A stretch of DNA of 64,000 nucleotides from positions 332,747 through 396,746 of the forward strand of contig OZ253554.1 of the NCBI GenBank assembly GCA_965262675.1, written 5' to 3'. This stretch comes from Terriglobia bacterium. GTDB taxonomy: Bacteria > Acidobacteriota > Terriglobia > 20CM-2-55-15. Positions 30,447-41,864 of the stretch are shown here, piece after piece. The notes beneath the pieces were generated by a model that was not told the DNA's origin, did no database searches, and saw only the letters and a program-made list of their open reading frames with translations. Numbering within the stretch: position 1 is the stretch's first letter; each line of letters opens with the position of its first letter. A program made the position numbers and the translations under genes.

Positions 30447-31010
30447 ATGGATGGAATGACCCGGCGCCTGCAGATGTTCGTTTCGTTCTGGGCCTATCCG
30501 CTTCTGGGGGCCGTCCTGATCTACGTTGGACGCCAATTCGATTCGCGCGGAAACAATATCGAGTATTTCTGGCCTGTCGCGTCAGGCATTCTGTTGTGGA
30601 CTCTGATCGAGTATCTGCTTCACCGCTTCGTGTTTCATCCGCGTCTCGATTCGGCCCGGATCGAACGCATGGCCCATGAACTCCACGGCAAACACCATCG
30701 CGATCCTCGAAACCCTCACAAGATACTGGCTTCCATCTCGATGTCGCTCCCAATATCGGCGTTGATCTTCGGCGCCGTCTGGTTGGGGACGGGTGATTTA
30801 TTCACTTCGACCGGAGTGATCTGTGGGGTATGGACGGGATTCCTCTATTACGAATCGGTTCACTATCGGCTGCACACGTCGAATGCGTCCGGGCTGCTCG
30901 GTTATCAGCGGCGCTGGCACTTTCACCATCATTTTGTGAACGGCAGCGTTTGTTTCGGCGTCACGACGCCACTCTGGGACGCGGTGTTCGGAACCTTGAG
31001 ACGGAAGTAG
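30447..31010 (+). CDS. Fatty acid hydroxylase / sterol desaturase superfamily membrane protein
   Basis: His-box motifs HRFVFH, HGKHHRDP, HYRLH and HFHHHF. Start taken at the ATG overlapping a TATAAT-like box. Confidence 0.7.
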   Translation: MDGMTRRLQMFVSFWAYPLLGAVLIYVGRQFDSRGNNIEYFWPVASGILLWTLIEYLLHRFVFHPRLDSARIERMAHELHGKHHRDPRNPHKILASISMSLPISALIFGAVWLGTGDLFTSTGVICGVWTGFLYYESVHYRLHTSNASGLLGYQRRWHFHHHFVNGSVCFGVTTPLWDAVFGTLRRK

Positions 31011-31191
31011 TCCGGCGCTCATCCATTCTTGCCGCACCAACTTCCTGCGAAATCGATAGATCGGGCAGGTTCGATGATTCAAGAACTCAAGTGGCGGTAC
31101 TACTGCGCACGAAAGCTGGATATGCGAGATCGGACGATGGCCGGTGCGCCCTGGGAGCGCGAGCGTCTGGCATTCCGGTCGGCGCCAAGCG

Positions 31192-32058
31192 TTACCGCGG
31201 TTCGCCCGGGGACTCCTCGGGGATGTCGGCCAGGCGTTCCTTGATTCGTCGAAAATCCGAGAAATTGTCGACAAACGAGGGCGGCAAGTCGCCCAACCGC
31301 CGGATCTCATCGGCGACGTCAGCGGCGCGGTTCTCCGGATTGGGATGGCTGCTGAAGAACTCCGCGCCCCGGCCCCCGCCCTCAGCCGCGAGTTTCTCGA
31401 AGAATTCGGGCATCCCGGTGGGGTCGTAGCCGGCGTCGTACAAGATCTGGGCGCCCAGCAGGTCCGCCTGTCTTTCGGCATCGCGCGAGTACCTGAGAAA
31501 CAGGGAGTTGGCCGCAAATCCGCCGGCCACCTCAGTCACAATCGACGCGACACCTCCTCCTCCAAATATTCCTCCAAGAATGGACAGCGGCGCCTGAGCG
31601 AGTTGGGATTTGGACGCCTGATTAGTGCCGTGACGGAGTGCCACGTGAGCGATCTCGTGAGCCAGCACTCCAGCGACTTCCGCCTCGCGGTCGGCCTCTT
31701 CAAGGATTCCGCGGTTCAGATAGATAGGCCCCCCGGGGAGCGCAAAGGCGTTGATCGCGGTGTCGTTGACGAGCGTGAATCGATAGGGGTATCGATAACC
31801 CGGCGCTTCGAGGGCAAGTTGCTGCCCGATACGATTCACGTACTCGGCCAGGATCTCATCGCCGATGGTGTCGAGATCGGATTCGGTCCGTTCGATGAAC
31901 TGCCGCCCGATCGCGATGTCATCTTCGGGCGAATACAAATTGAAGCCCGGTTCCAGTTCGGTCCGCTGGGCAAGCGCCTGTGGAATCGCGAACCCAAAAG
32001 CCAGCAACGCGGTGGTCAACGTTGACAACGGCGCCCTTCTGCATGCAACGAAACTCAT
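31192..32058 (-). CDS. M48 family zinc metalloprotease (secreted/periplasmic)
   Basis: 288 aa. Signal peptide, HEIAHVALRH (HExxH), downstream E ligand region. Confidence 0.8.
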   Translation of the reverse strand: MSFVACRRAPLSTLTTALLAFGFAIPQALAQRTELEPGFNLYSPEDDIAIGRQFIERTESDLDTIGDEILAEYVNRIGQQLALEAPGYRYPYRFTLVNDTAINAFALPGGPIYLNRGILEEADREAEVAGVLAHEIAHVALRHGTNQASKSQLAQAPLSILGGIFGGGGVASIVTEVAGGFAANSLFLRYSRDAERQADLLGAQILYDAGYDPTGMPEFFEKLAAEGGGRGAEFFSSHPNPENRAADVADEIRRLGDLPPSFVDNFSDFRRIKERLADIPEESPGEPR

Positions 32059-32125
32059 TCGACTACTCTCACCCCGCGAAACTCCGGGACCGCATGAAAT
32101 CGGCCCCCGCCTCGATTACCCCCCG

Positions 32126-33505
32126 CTAGTGAATCCGGCATACGGTCTTGATGTTGACGAATTCCCTGATTCCATAGCTGGACAATTCCCGTCCGTACCC
32201 CGATTCCTTGATCCCTCCAAATGGTAACCGAGGGTCGGAGCGTACGAAACCATTGATGAAGCAGTTGCCCGCTTCCAGAGACGCGACCACCCGGTCGGCT
32301 TGTCTGGCGTCGGAGGTATACACGGCGGCCCCAAGGCCGAACACGGTGTCGTTAGCGACACGAACGGCCTCGGCCTCGTCGGCGACCGGAATGATCGCGG
32401 CGACAGGTCCGAACAGTTCCTCGTCGTAGGCGGGCATCCCCCGGGTCACATCCGTCAGCACGGTGGGCGGGTACAGTGCGCCTGGGCCGTCGGGGATCGA
32501 TCCGCCGAGTAAAAGGCGCGCTCCGGCCCGGGTGCTGCGAAGGACCTGGGCGTGGAGTTCGTCCCGAAGGTCGTGACGTGCCTGCGGTCCCAGCTTCGTC
32601 GCCTCGTCGAGAGGATCGCCAAGTTTCCGGCTCGACATCTCCGCGACAAAAAGCTCTTCGAATTGTTCTCGAATCGATTCGAGCACGATAAACCGCTTCG
32701 CGGCCACGCAGCTCTGCCCCGCGTTGACCAGGCGCGCGAACGCGCAATCGGCGGCAGTTCGGCCAAGTTCGACGTCGTCCAGGATCAGGTAGGGATCGCT
32801 GCCTCCCAACTCCAGAACTGTCTTCTTGAGGGCGGCGCCCGCCCGGGCTGCCACGGCCTTTCCGGCCGGTGTGCTGCCGGTCAAGGTGACGGCCCGAATC
32901 CGGGGATCCTCGATCAGCATTCCGACGCGGGATCCCGGAACGAGTACCGTGTTAAAGACTCCGGGTTCGAGACCCGCCCGGTCGAAAACGTCCGCAATCG
33001 CCAAGGCACAACCCGAAACGTTGGATGCGTGTTTCAGGATGACCGTATTCCCGGACATCAGGGTCGGGGCCGCGAATCGAAACACCTGCCAGAACGGGAA
33101 ATTCCATGGCATGACCGCGAGAATCACGCCCAGTGGTTCGAAAACAACCTGACTCGACACGGCCTTGGTTTCGACAGACTCCGCTTCGAGAAAGGCCCGG
33201 GCGTTATCGGCGTAATACTCCAGCACCCAAGCGCATTTCCTCGACTCGGAACGACCTTGCGCAACCGGCTTGCCCATTTCCCGGGCCATGAGTTCAGCGA
33301 ACGCCTGCTCCTCATCACGAAGGATTGCCGCGGCCCGGCGCATCCGATCGGCCCGGGCATCGAAGCTGCGCATCCGCCAGTTCCTGAACGCCTGATGGGC
33401 CGATGCGATCGCTTCGGTCACCGCCTCGGGAGAGTGTTCTTCGTAGGTCCCGATTGTCCTTCCGGTGTAGGGGTTGATGGATTCGATGGGCAAACCAGCC
33501 TCCAA
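32126..33505 (-). CDS. NAD(P)-dependent aldehyde dehydrogenase, succinate-semialdehyde dehydrogenase-like
   Basis: 459 aa. ELGGSDP and the catalytic Cys context (NAGQSCVAAKRF). The start is a TTG; an alternative TTG lies 12 nt downstream behind a GGAGG. Confidence 0.8.
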   Translation of the reverse strand: MEAGLPIESINPYTGRTIGTYEEHSPEAVTEAIASAHQAFRNWRMRSFDARADRMRRAAAILRDEEQAFAELMAREMGKPVAQGRSESRKCAWVLEYYADNARAFLEAESVETKAVSSQVVFEPLGVILAVMPWNFPFWQVFRFAAPTLMSGNTVILKHASNVSGCALAIADVFDRAGLEPGVFNTVLVPGSRVGMLIEDPRIRAVTLTGSTPAGKAVAARAGAALKKTVLELGGSDPYLILDDVELGRTAADCAFARLVNAGQSCVAAKRFIVLESIREQFEELFVAEMSSRKLGDPLDEATKLGPQARHDLRDELHAQVLRSTRAGARLLLGGSIPDGPGALYPPTVLTDVTRGMPAYDEELFGPVAAIIPVADEAEAVRVANDTVFGLGAAVYTSDARQADRVVASLEAGNCFINGFVRSDPRLPFGGIKESGYGRELSSYGIREFVNIKTVCRIH

Positions 33506-33605
33506 AATATTTTAGTTAAATTTCCTATTTTTTTATGACTTAAGTTTGTTAATAGAAACTATTACTTTAACTATAGTGGTTGGCCGCCCAGACGAGGAAC
33601 TCCAC

Positions 33606-34535
33606 TCAGGCGGGTGGATCCACAACGACGTCTTCGTAAGGCGGACGCGTGCTGAGCATTCCGGTCGCGGTAAAGACTTCCTGGGCCTGATGGTAGTATT
33701 CCTTTGAGATCGCCGGATCCCGGCTCCAGCAACCCAGCCCCTTGTAGGACGCGACACTCGAAGACAAGACGCCCAGATTTACGCCCTTGAAATACGGCGA
33801 GATCATCGCGGCGATCTTTCCCGCCGGCCCGCCGATGGCCCAGGCAAGAGCGTTTCTGTAACCTCGCATGAACGCCCGGGCAGTTTCCGTCTCCAGGAAA
33901 GCCGGGTCCGCCGAAAGGGAGCTGAACGCCACCGGTGGCATCGCCTCCCCAACCGAGGCCACGACGTGCCCCACGCCGTCCCGCAACAGCTGCTGGGGCG
34001 CCGGTCCTTGCTGGTGGCAAAAATCTCCCTGCCCGTCCCGGAAGGCCGCATCCATCGCGCCCGGAGCCCCGGCATCGATGATCTCTACGCGGTCCCAGTC
34101 GACGCCTTGCTGTTGGGCGGCATACCGCAGCATCGCGAGCGGCTGAGGACCATGATCGGCAACAATGGACCGCCCCTCGAGTCGTTTCCAGTCGAACGGA
34201 CCACTGTCATGCGTACTGCTGTGAGTGGTCACCGAAAGGCCGCCGGTCCCCCGGGCAACGATCCAGAAACCGTCGCGCTGGTTGATCTGTGCGAAGTGGA
34301 CCGGGAGGTTGCGGATGCCCTTCTCTATCCGGGACCAGTTCGACGAGACCGCCGATTGAATGATCTCGATTTCGCCATTCCGCAGCATCGCCAGCGCGTC
34401 CCGATCGGGTTCCTTCACGAGATATTCGGCTTCGAGTCCTTCCTTTCGCAAAAAACCTCCGGCAACGGCTGCAATGACCGGTGTGTAGAACGTGGCATGC
34501 CGCATCATCAGGATGCGCACTCGTGCAGATGGCAT
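33606..34535 (-). CDS. NMT1/THI5-like (nitrate/sulfonate/bicarbonate-type) substrate-binding protein
   Basis: 309 aa from MPSARVRILMMRHATFYTP. The upstream 101 codons of the ORF look non-coding. Confidence 0.55.
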   Translation of the reverse strand: MPSARVRILMMRHATFYTPVIAAVAGGFLRKEGLEAEYLVKEPDRDALAMLRNGEIEIIQSAVSSNWSRIEKGIRNLPVHFAQINQRDGFWIVARGTGGLSVTTHSSTHDSGPFDWKRLEGRSIVADHGPQPLAMLRYAAQQQGVDWDRVEIIDAGAPGAMDAAFRDGQGDFCHQQGPAPQQLLRDGVGHVVASVGEAMPPVAFSSLSADPAFLETETARAFMRGYRNALAWAIGGPAGKIAAMISPYFKGVNLGVLSSSVASYKGLGCWSRDPAISKEYYHQAQEVFTATGMLSTRPPYEDVVVDPPA

Positions 34536-34873
34536 CGACGGAAACCCTCCCTTGGCAGCCAGTGGCAGAACGCGGCGGGGCTCTGCGGCACGTTGCCAGC
34601 CTCCTACCTTACCGGAATCGATGGTCTGGGGACAATTCGGCGTTGGCCCGGAACGATCTTCATAGGACGGGAGTCGGACGGAACAATCCAAAAAAACGAA
34701 CGTTCGCCGGGGGCCCTTCGATCGGCACGCGGTTGTCCCACCATCGAATGTGAGTGAACTTTCAGGTTCCCGGGGAGGTATTCCAATTGAAATTCGGCTT
34801 TCCCCCTCCCGTGTTTCCTCGCCGACGGACCGACGCACTTTGTTGTTAATACTCCACGGGATACCCTGTCTAA

Positions 34874-35440
34874 ATGGATGGAAACAGATCGATGGCAGAT
34901 ACAGATCTTGTTCAGGTCCTTCCCGATCGCGGCAACGCCGTCGACGGCACTGTCGAGGAACTATTCATCGAGCACTACGATCTGGTCTATCGCATTGCCT
35001 ATCGCGTTACCGGAAACGCGACCGACGCCGAAGACGTGCTCCAGACTCTTTTCATGCGAATGGTGAAGAAAGGACCGGTAAAGATCGAGAGCGGGTGGCC
35101 TGCCTATCTTCGGCGCGCCGCGGTCAATATTTCTCTCGACGTGGTCCGGAAACGGGCCCGATCGGTGCCGCTGGGCGAAATGGATGCCTGGGTAAGATCT
35201 TCGGCGCCCGACGCGCATCGAACGCATCAGAGCCTTGAACTGGGAGACCGTTTGCGTCGCGCGCTGGCCGACATGAATCCCACGGCGGCGGGGATGTTCG
35301 TTCTGCGGCACGTCGAGGGATACAGCAACCGGGAGATCGCGCGAATGAACGGCACGTCGAGCGGTTCGGTCGCAGTCACGCTTTTTCGGGCACGACGCCT
35401 GCTTCGCAGATCGTTGCGGAGTTTCCGTGGAGGTCGCTGA
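34874..35440 (+). CDS. ECF (sigma-70 family group IV) RNA polymerase sigma factor
   Basis: 188 aa. Region 2 (FIEHYDLVYRIAYRVTGNATDAEDVLQTLF) and region 4 (EGYSNREIARMNGTSSGSVAVTLFRARRLL). Confidence 0.9.
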   Translation: MDGNRSMADTDLVQVLPDRGNAVDGTVEELFIEHYDLVYRIAYRVTGNATDAEDVLQTLFMRMVKKGPVKIESGWPAYLRRAAVNISLDVVRKRARSVPLGEMDAWVRSSAPDAHRTHQSLELGDRLRRALADMNPTAAGMFVLRHVEGYSNREIARMNGTSSGSVAVTLFRARRLLRRSLRSFRGGR

Positions 35441-38124
35441 TGGACGCACGAAAATCAGATTCCGATTCGATCGGAAAGACCGATCTCGATCGGGCGGTCG
35501 AAGATGTAAAGCGCACGGCCCCCCAACCGCATGAGGTTGAGGAGGCCGCGGCTCGTGTGTGGGCCCGCGTTTCCGGGTCCGGCAACGAAGCCGGCCGGAT
35601 GGAATTTCTCCCCGAGCCCGAAACGCTCCGGAATTGTGACGACTATCGATCGCTGATTGAACGCTACCTCGCAGGCCGGCTTGGCCGTGCGCGTGTGTTG
35701 CTGCTCGAAGACCATGCCAGCGAATGTCTGGGTTGTCGAAAATCCATTTCCGAAGCCCGACGCAAGTCGCCGGTGAAAACGGCGGCGTTTCGGGGTGGCG
35801 GACCGGCGTTGAACCGGGCCTGGGCCGGGGCGGCTCTTGCCGCAGTCATTCTCGTTGGATTCATCGCTGGCGGTGGCGGACTGGTTCGTCAGTTGATCTT
35901 CCCTGTCGACGTTTCGGCGTCAGTACAAACAGTGCGGGGCCGGCTGTTCCGAGTCGCCGGGATGGATCTTGTCGCTCTTCGACCCGGTGAGGGAATCGGG
36001 GCTCGGGAATCGATTCGGACGGCCCGGGATTCCGGTGCCGTACTGGAGTTGACCGATGGCAGCACGATCGAAATGAGGGAGCGTTCCGAACTGCGACTGG
36101 TCGCCGCAAACGATGGCGTCCGTATTCAGTTGAAACGCGGAAGCGTGATCGTCGAAGCGACACCGCAAGGTTCGGGGCATCTTTACCTGTCGACGGACGA
36201 TGTCGACGTTGCCGCGATCGGAACCATCTTTTCGGTCAGCGAGGGCGTCAAGGGCGCTCGCATTTCCGTGATCGAGGGCGAAGTCCGTGTCGAACAGGGA
36301 GCACTGACTCGGTCGCTTTCGCCGGGACAGCAATTCAACAGTTCCAAATCGTTGACCGTCGTGCCGATCGAAGAGGAAATCGGTTGGAGTCAGACCAGTG
36401 ACGAATATCTTGCCCTGACGATAGCGCTTTCAGGAATGCAGGAAGGGCAGGAAGGAATGACCGCGGCTGCCGAAAGTCCGGATCTGCGCTATTCTTCGAT
36501 GCTGCTCGACTTGGCGCCTTCGGACACGCACGTGTACGTGGCGTTTCCCAACTTGGCCCGCACCGTTTCCAGTGCCTACGATGTTTTCATGACTCGCATC
36601 CAGGACAACCCGGTGACACGCGATTGGTGGAATCAGCTCCGTGAATCCGGCGGGGAGGGCGCGCAGTTTTCCGAGGAGACGCTGGAAACCATGATGGGTT
36701 ACCTGAGCTCGTTTTCAGGACAGATTGGCGATGAGATCGTTCTGACCCTGAGCGGTGAAGGTCCCGACCCGGTGGTGCTGGTCCAGGTGCGAAACCCGAA
36801 TCTTGTGACCGATGTCCTGCGTGGAATTGCGGCATTGGCTGAAGACCCGAATGACCTTCGAGTATTTTCTGGCCCGGACGAACTGGCGGCCGATGAAGGC
36901 CCAGGAACCGGGCTGCTGGCGTACATCGGTGGCGGCCTCATGGCACTCTCCGCCTCCCGCGGGATGCTGTTGGATGTCGTCGAGGCGCAGTCCGGTGGAA
37001 GCGCATTCACGGCCAGCAGCTTTCATCGATCCCTCGCCTCCATCTATTCCGAGGGAACCGACTGGCTTCTGGCGGCGGATCTGGACGGAATCGGGAGTCG
37101 GATCGACGAAAATATCGTCGAGGGTGATGGGGGCCGGCAGGATGAAGCCAACGCCGCAGTCGGATCGTTGCTTGGAATCGACAGCGTGAACGACCTGTTT
37201 GTCGACTACAGGTCCGGCGGCGGACAGGCGACCGCGCGCGCCGCGGTGACATTCAATCGGCCCCGAACCGGAATCGCATCCTGGATTGCCGAACCCGGGC
37301 CGATGGCCGGCCTGGACTTTGTTTCCGCCGAGGTGCTCGCAGTGGCTTCTGCACTGACCCGCGATGCCGGTTCCATCGTTTCCGAGATCTTCGCGGGCTT
37401 GCAGGGGATCGATCCGGATGGCTGGAACGGCATTGTGGAGTTTCAGCGGGAACACCGATTCGATCTCGAGTATAACGTCGCGGCGGCCCTTGGCGGCGAG
37501 TTCGTGCTGGCCCTGGACGGTCCTGTACTTCCGACACCCTCATGGAAGGCGGTGATCGAGGTGTACAACTGGGCGGTATTGCAGAACGCGATCGAACGGC
37601 TGGTCTTTGAGTTCAACCTTGCCAGTGTGGACGAAGGCGGCCCGCAACTGGAGTTGCTGGCCGAGAGTGCGGGCGGCCGTATCGACTACGTCCTTCGACA
37701 AGCCGATGGCGGTCCCGAGGTACACTACGCCTTCGTGGGCGGTTACATGGTCGTTGGACCCAGCCAGGCTCTGCTGAACCAGTCGATTCAGTACTACGAG
37801 ACACAATCGAACCTGAGCAACTCCACCGCATTCCGGGCACTGTTCCCGGCAGGCAGCCAGAATGACTGCTCGGCAGTCTTGTATGGGAACATGGGTTCAA
37901 TTGCATCTTCGCTTTCCGGCTTCATCCCCGAATCGGTCGACCTTGAAGAGGGCCAACTCGAAGCGGTCCTGAACATGACGACCGAAACTTCGCCGACGCT
38001 GGCATGCGTGATTGCCGAGGACGACCGGATTCTCGCGATGAATGCAGGCGATTCCCCTTTCGGCATCGTCGCAATGGGTGGACTTGGCGCCTTGATGGCT
38101 CGCTTCGGCGACCTCCCCGAATAG
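35440..38124 (+). CDS. Anti-sigma factor: zf-HC2 N-domain, TM helix, FecR-like domain, ~600-aa extracytoplasmic domain of unknown function
   Basis: 894 aa. TGATG overlap with the sigma gene. [12 protein letters not shown] zinc-finger anti-sigma motif and a TM helix ([21 protein letters not shown]). A FecR-like beta region follows ([29 protein letters not shown]). The long C-terminal region has no motif I can name with certainty. Confidence 0.75.
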   Translation: MDARKSDSDSIGKTDLDRAVEDVKRTAPQPHEVEEAAARVWARVSGSGNEAGRMEFLPEPETLRNCDDYRSLIERYLAGRLGRARVLLLEDHASECLGCRKSISEARRKSPVKTAAFRGGGPALNRAWAGAALAAVILVGFIAGGGGLVRQLIFPVDVSASVQTVRGRLFRVAGMDLVALRPGEGIGARESIRTARDSGAVLELTDGSTIEMRERSELRLVAANDGVRIQLKRGSVIVEATPQGSGHLYLSTDDVDVAAIGTIFSVSEGVKGARISVIEGEVRVEQGALTRSLSPGQQFNSSKSLTVVPIEEEIGWSQTSDEYLALTIALSGMQEGQEGMTAAAESPDLRYSSMLLDLAPSDTHVYVAFPNLARTVSSAYDVFMTRIQDNPVTRDWWNQLRESGGEGAQFSEETLETMMGYLSSFSGQIGDEIVLTLSGEGPDPVVLVQVRNPNLVTDVLRGIAALAEDPNDLRVFSGPDELAADEGPGTGLLAYIGGGLMALSASRGMLLDVVEAQSGGSAFTASSFHRSLASIYSEGTDWLLAADLDGIGSRIDENIVEGDGGRQDEANAAVGSLLGIDSVNDLFVDYRSGGGQATARAAVTFNRPRTGIASWIAEPGPMAGLDFVSAEVLAVASALTRDAGSIVSEIFAGLQGIDPDGWNGIVEFQREHRFDLEYNVAAALGGEFVLALDGPVLPTPSWKAVIEVYNWAVLQNAIERLVFEFNLASVDEGGPQLELLAESAGGRIDYVLRQADGGPEVHYAFVGGYMVVGPSQALLNQSIQYYETQSNLSNSTAFRALFPAGSQNDCSAVLYGNMGSIASSLSGFIPESVDLEEGQLEAVLNMTTETSPTLACVIAEDDRILAMNAGDSPFGIVAMGGLGALMARFGDLPE

Positions 38125-38232
38125 GTCGACGACATCCCGCCTTCGGTATGACTGTGCGGACGCCGGGTGTTTTTTTGAACAAAACCGCTCCCGCGGCGTA
38201 CGCTAAGCCAGAACCGGTACGAATTTCCACCG

Positions 38233-39195
38233 ATGCCACCAACACCGAACATTGGAATGCCCTCGATCGAACTGGACCATCTGAGCGTGAATCTCGGCGG
38301 GAGGACGATCCTCGACGACCTTGACGGGCCGCTTTCGGGGCGAGTGACCGGGTTGCTCGGCCCGAACGGAGCCGGCAAGAGCACGCTGATGCAGACGCTG
38401 CTAGGCTTCTACAAACCCCATTCCGGCACGGCCCGGATTCTGGGCCTGGATATTCGTTCCGACATCAAGGACATCCGCCACCGCATCGGATTCATGCCTG
38501 AAAACGACGCATTCGTTTCGGGAATGAGCGCCATTCGTCTGGTTCGGATGATGGGTGAACTCTCCGGCCTGCCCCGGCACGTGGCGCTGGAACGCGCCCA
38601 CGAAATCCTGTTCTTTCTGGGATTGGGCGAGGCGCGTTATCGGAACGTGGAAACCTATTCACTCGGCATGAAGCAGTTGGCGAAGCTGGCGGTGGCAACG
38701 GTGCATGGCCCGCAAATGCTGATTCTCGATGAGCCGACCAACGGACTCGACGCCGTTGCGCGCGGCCGGATGATCGAAATCATCCTGAAGATTCGCGACA
38801 GCGGCCACACTCAGGTGCTTCTGTCCTCGCACCTGCTTCGGGACGTCGAAGAATGCTGCGATGAGGTCCTTATCCTGAAAGACGGCCGCGTCGTCGTTTC
38901 GACGAATTTGGAAGCGGAACGCCGGACGAATCGGAAATTTCTGAATCTTGAAGTCCACGGCAACCTCGAAGCCTTTGTCCAGGAGGCGGACGAACGCGGT
39001 TGCGAATCGGCGGTCAACGGAAGCCGGAAACTCAAGATGATCCTTCCCGAAGAGGTGGAAGTTCGGGACCTCTACCGAATGGCGGCTGGATGCGGCGTGG
39101 AGATTCGACGACTGAGCGCGAAACGGGATTCGCTCGAAGAGATCTTCATGAAAGCGATGGAAACCCCCGATGGCCATTTACAGACAAAGCTATAA
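38233..39195 (+). CDS. ABC transporter ATP-binding protein
   Basis: Walker [10 protein letters not shown], signature YSLGMKQ, Walker [12 protein letters not shown]. Confidence 0.9.
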   Translation: MPPTPNIGMPSIELDHLSVNLGGRTILDDLDGPLSGRVTGLLGPNGAGKSTLMQTLLGFYKPHSGTARILGLDIRSDIKDIRHRIGFMPENDAFVSGMSAIRLVRMMGELSGLPRHVALERAHEILFFLGLGEARYRNVETYSLGMKQLAKLAVATVHGPQMLILDEPTNGLDAVARGRMIEIILKIRDSGHTQVLLSSHLLRDVEECCDEVLILKDGRVVVSTNLEAERRTNRKFLNLEVHGNLEAFVQEADERGCESAVNGSRKLKMILPEEVEVRDLYRMAAGCGVEIRRLSAKRDSLEEIFMKAMETPDGHLQTKL

Positions 39196-40039
39196 AGCGT
39201 ACGAAGGCAGACTGACGCACCCGGCGGGACGATTTTGGATCCTGGGCCGATTTGCCGTTCGCGAAACCTTTGCCAACCGGACCACGCTGATTCTCTTCAT
39301 GGCTTCGTTCGTTCCGATGCTCGGAGGCGGGAGCGCCATCTATCTGAGCCACAACCTGGGTGCCTTGCTTGCCCTCGATGTCCCCCTTCAGGGCTTCATT
39401 CCGATCAACGGATTGTTCTTTGCGACGATCATGGGAATCCAGTCGACCCTGTCTTTTTTCATCGCGGCACTCGCGGGGCCGGGCCTGATTTCTCCCGACC
39501 TGACCAATGGGGCGCTTCCGTTGTACCTGAGCCGCCCATTCAGCCGGGCCGAGTACACGCTGGGGAAGTTTTCGGTGCTGGCGCTGCTGATCTCGGCGAT
39601 CACGTGGATTCCCGGACTGTTCCTGTTCCTGTTGCAGTCCAGTCTCGCCGGTGGCGGCTGGTTTGCCGCCAACCTGCGAATCGCCGCGGCGATATTCGTG
39701 GGGTCCTGGGCATGGATTCTGACCGTGTCGTTGATGGCCCTCGCCCTGTCCGCGTGGGTCCGGTGGCGATCGGTGGCCGGTGGGCTCCTGTTCTTCGTAT
39801 TCTTTGCGAGTGCGGGATTCGGCGCGGTGTTCAACGGAATCATGGGAACCCAGTGGGGCGCCATGTTGAGCCTGACGCAGGTAATCGGGGGCTTGTGGGA
39901 GTGGCTCTTTATCGGATCGATTTCGCCCCTGACCTATCCTCTTCCGCTCTGGAGCGCCTGGCTGTCGCTGGCGGCGGTTTGGGGAGTCAGTCTTCTGTTG
40001 CTTGGACGCAAGGTCCGTGCGTACGAGGTCGTCCGATGA
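39170..40039 (+). CDS. ABC-2-type transporter permease
   Basis: 289 aa, 6 predicted TM helices, overlaps both neighbouring ATPase genes. Confidence 0.7.
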   Translation: MAIYRQSYKAYEGRLTHPAGRFWILGRFAVRETFANRTTLILFMASFVPMLGGGSAIYLSHNLGALLALDVPLQGFIPINGLFFATIMGIQSTLSFFIAALAGPGLISPDLTNGALPLYLSRPFSRAEYTLGKFSVLALLISAITWIPGLFLFLLQSSLAGGGWFAANLRIAAAIFVGSWAWILTVSLMALALSAWVRWRSVAGGLLFFVFFASAGFGAVFNGIMGTQWGAMLSLTQVIGGLWEWLFIGSISPLTYPLPLWSAWLSLAAVWGVSLLLLGRKVRAYEVVR

Positions 40040-40998
40040 CTTCGCCGGCGGCCGCGCCCTCTTCGGACATCGTCCTCACGCGCCTTTCAAGGTTCTATGG
40101 AGAAATACTCGGCGTCAACAAGGTCAACCTCAGCATGGCCCCGGGCATCACGAGCCTCGTCGGTCCGAACGGCTCCGGAAAGACGACCCTGATGAATCTC
40201 ATCGCGGGATTGCTCCAGCCGACCGCGGGTTCCGTTCGCGTCCACGGTTTTTCGCCATCCGAAGCCGAGTCCTTCTACCCTCTCATCGGCTATTGCACCC
40301 AGTTCGATACTTTTCCGAAGAACGTCACGGGTTTCAATCTCGTGAACTCCTTGCTCTCCCTGCACGGGTGGACCGCACGAGACACGCACGACCGCGCATG
40401 GGAGGCGCTCGACCGCGTGGGCATTGCCGACGCCGCGCACCGAAAGGTGGCCGGATACAGCAAGGGAATGCGGCAACGGGTGAAGCTCGCAACGGCCATC
40501 GGTCACGATCCCAAGGTACTCATTCTGGACGAACCGTTGAACGGGCTGGACCCCATGGCGCGAGCCGAGTTCATCGATCTGTTCCAGAGGCGGGCGTCGG
40601 AGGGCCACCACGTCATCGTTTCGAGCCACATTCTTCACGAAGTGGACATGATCTCGGACCAGGTCGTCATGATGAGTCACGGCTACGTGGTCGCCGAAGG
40701 ACAGATTCAGGCGGTACGTCAAGAAATCGCGGAACATCCCAGCACCATACTGGTCCGGTGCGATCGTCCCGCGATGGTGGCCGCAAGATTCTTCTCCTGC
40801 GATCACGTTGTCGAGGCACGAATCAACGACGACGCCGATGGCGTCCTGATCCGCACGCGGAACACCGACGATTTCTATCGCGTCCTGAACGAAATTGTCG
40901 TTGCCGAGAACCTCGCCGTCCAGACCGTTGTCCCAACCGACGAAGACATGCACTCGGTGTACAACTACCTGATCGGAACGAACGGACAGACCCAATGA
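40036..40998 (+). CDS. ABC transporter ATP-binding protein (second copy)
   Basis: ATG at 40036 within the longer ORF-track frame. Walker A GPNGSGKTT, signature YSKGMRQR, Walker B LILDEPLNGLD. Confidence 0.9.
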   Translation: MTSPAAAPSSDIVLTRLSRFYGEILGVNKVNLSMAPGITSLVGPNGSGKTTLMNLIAGLLQPTAGSVRVHGFSPSEAESFYPLIGYCTQFDTFPKNVTGFNLVNSLLSLHGWTARDTHDRAWEALDRVGIADAAHRKVAGYSKGMRQRVKLATAIGHDPKVLILDEPLNGLDPMARAEFIDLFQRRASEGHHVIVSSHILHEVDMISDQVVMMSHGYVVAEGQIQAVRQEIAEHPSTILVRCDRPAMVAARFFSCDHVVEARINDDADGVLIRTRNTDDFYRVLNEIVVAENLAVQTVVPTDEDMHSVYNYLIGTNGQTQ

Positions 40999-41825
40999 AC
41001 GTGTTCACCACAATCGACTGGGGTCTCCTGGGGCGGCAGGTCGTTCGCGTCGCCCGTTTCGAGTTGTTGAAAATGGTGTCCTCACGACGCTGGTTGGGCG
41101 GCGCAATTGCGATCGGGGCGCCGCTGGTCCTTATGGGGATTGCACTGATCCGGGGTGCGGCAGACGTCTCGCCGGTGTCGGAGGTCAGCACGGTTTACGC
41201 CGTCATGTTTCAGACGTACATCCTGCGCCTTGCCATCTTCTTCGCGGCGGCAGACACCTTTTCACGGCTCTACCGGGGCGAGATAATGGAGAAGACACTT
41301 CATTACTATCTCCTGTCGCCGGTTCGCCGTGAGGCGATTCTGTTGGGCAAGTATCTGGCCGGAATCCTTCAGATGACTGTCATCTTCGTGCCCGGCGTGA
41401 TCGTGTGGCACTTCATGATCTTCATGCTTTCCGGGCGGCGCGCCGTCGAAACTCATTTCCTGGCGGGCGACGGCATATTCCACACGATAACCTACGCCGG
41501 TGTCGCCTTCCTTGCCTGTGTCGGTTACGGCGCGGTCTTCATGTTGTTCGGTCTCGTTGCCCGGAATCCCTTTTTGCCGGCCGCGTTGCTGCTCGGATGG
41601 GAATCCGTGAACATATTCCTTCCGGCGGCGTTTCAGAAGATCAGCATCATTCACTACCTTCAGTCGATATGTCCGGTTCCGATTCCCTTCGGTCCACTGG
41701 CGGTCATTACCGCACCGGCCTCTCCATGGGTATCGGTGCCGGGGATGTTCCTGGTGACGTTTGCCGTCATGGTACTGGCTGCGTACTGGATGCGACGTGC
41801 CGAAGTCAGCTACACCAACGACTGA
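40995..41825 (+). CDS. ABC-2-type transporter permease (second copy)
   Basis: 276 aa from MNVFTTIDWGLLGRQ. Polytopic. ATGA overlap with the preceding ATPase gene. Confidence 0.7.
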   Translation: MNVFTTIDWGLLGRQVVRVARFELLKMVSSRRWLGGAIAIGAPLVLMGIALIRGAADVSPVSEVSTVYAVMFQTYILRLAIFFAAADTFSRLYRGEIMEKTLHYYLLSPVRREAILLGKYLAGILQMTVIFVPGVIVWHFMIFMLSGRRAVETHFLAGDGIFHTITYAGVAFLACVGYGAVFMLFGLVARNPFLPAALLLGWESVNIFLPAAFQKISIIHYLQSICPVPIPFGPLAVITAPASPWVSVPGMFLVTFAVMVLAAYWMRRAEVSYTND

Positions 41826-41864
41826 CACGAACGACCGCGCTCAATCGCCCGGCGGCGGGATTAG

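Noticed and set aside
34536-34700. TPP riboswitch upstream of the NMT1/THI5-like gene
   Set aside because: The minus-strand leader lacks the CUGAGA and ACCUGAUCUGGAUAAUGCCAGCG core elements.
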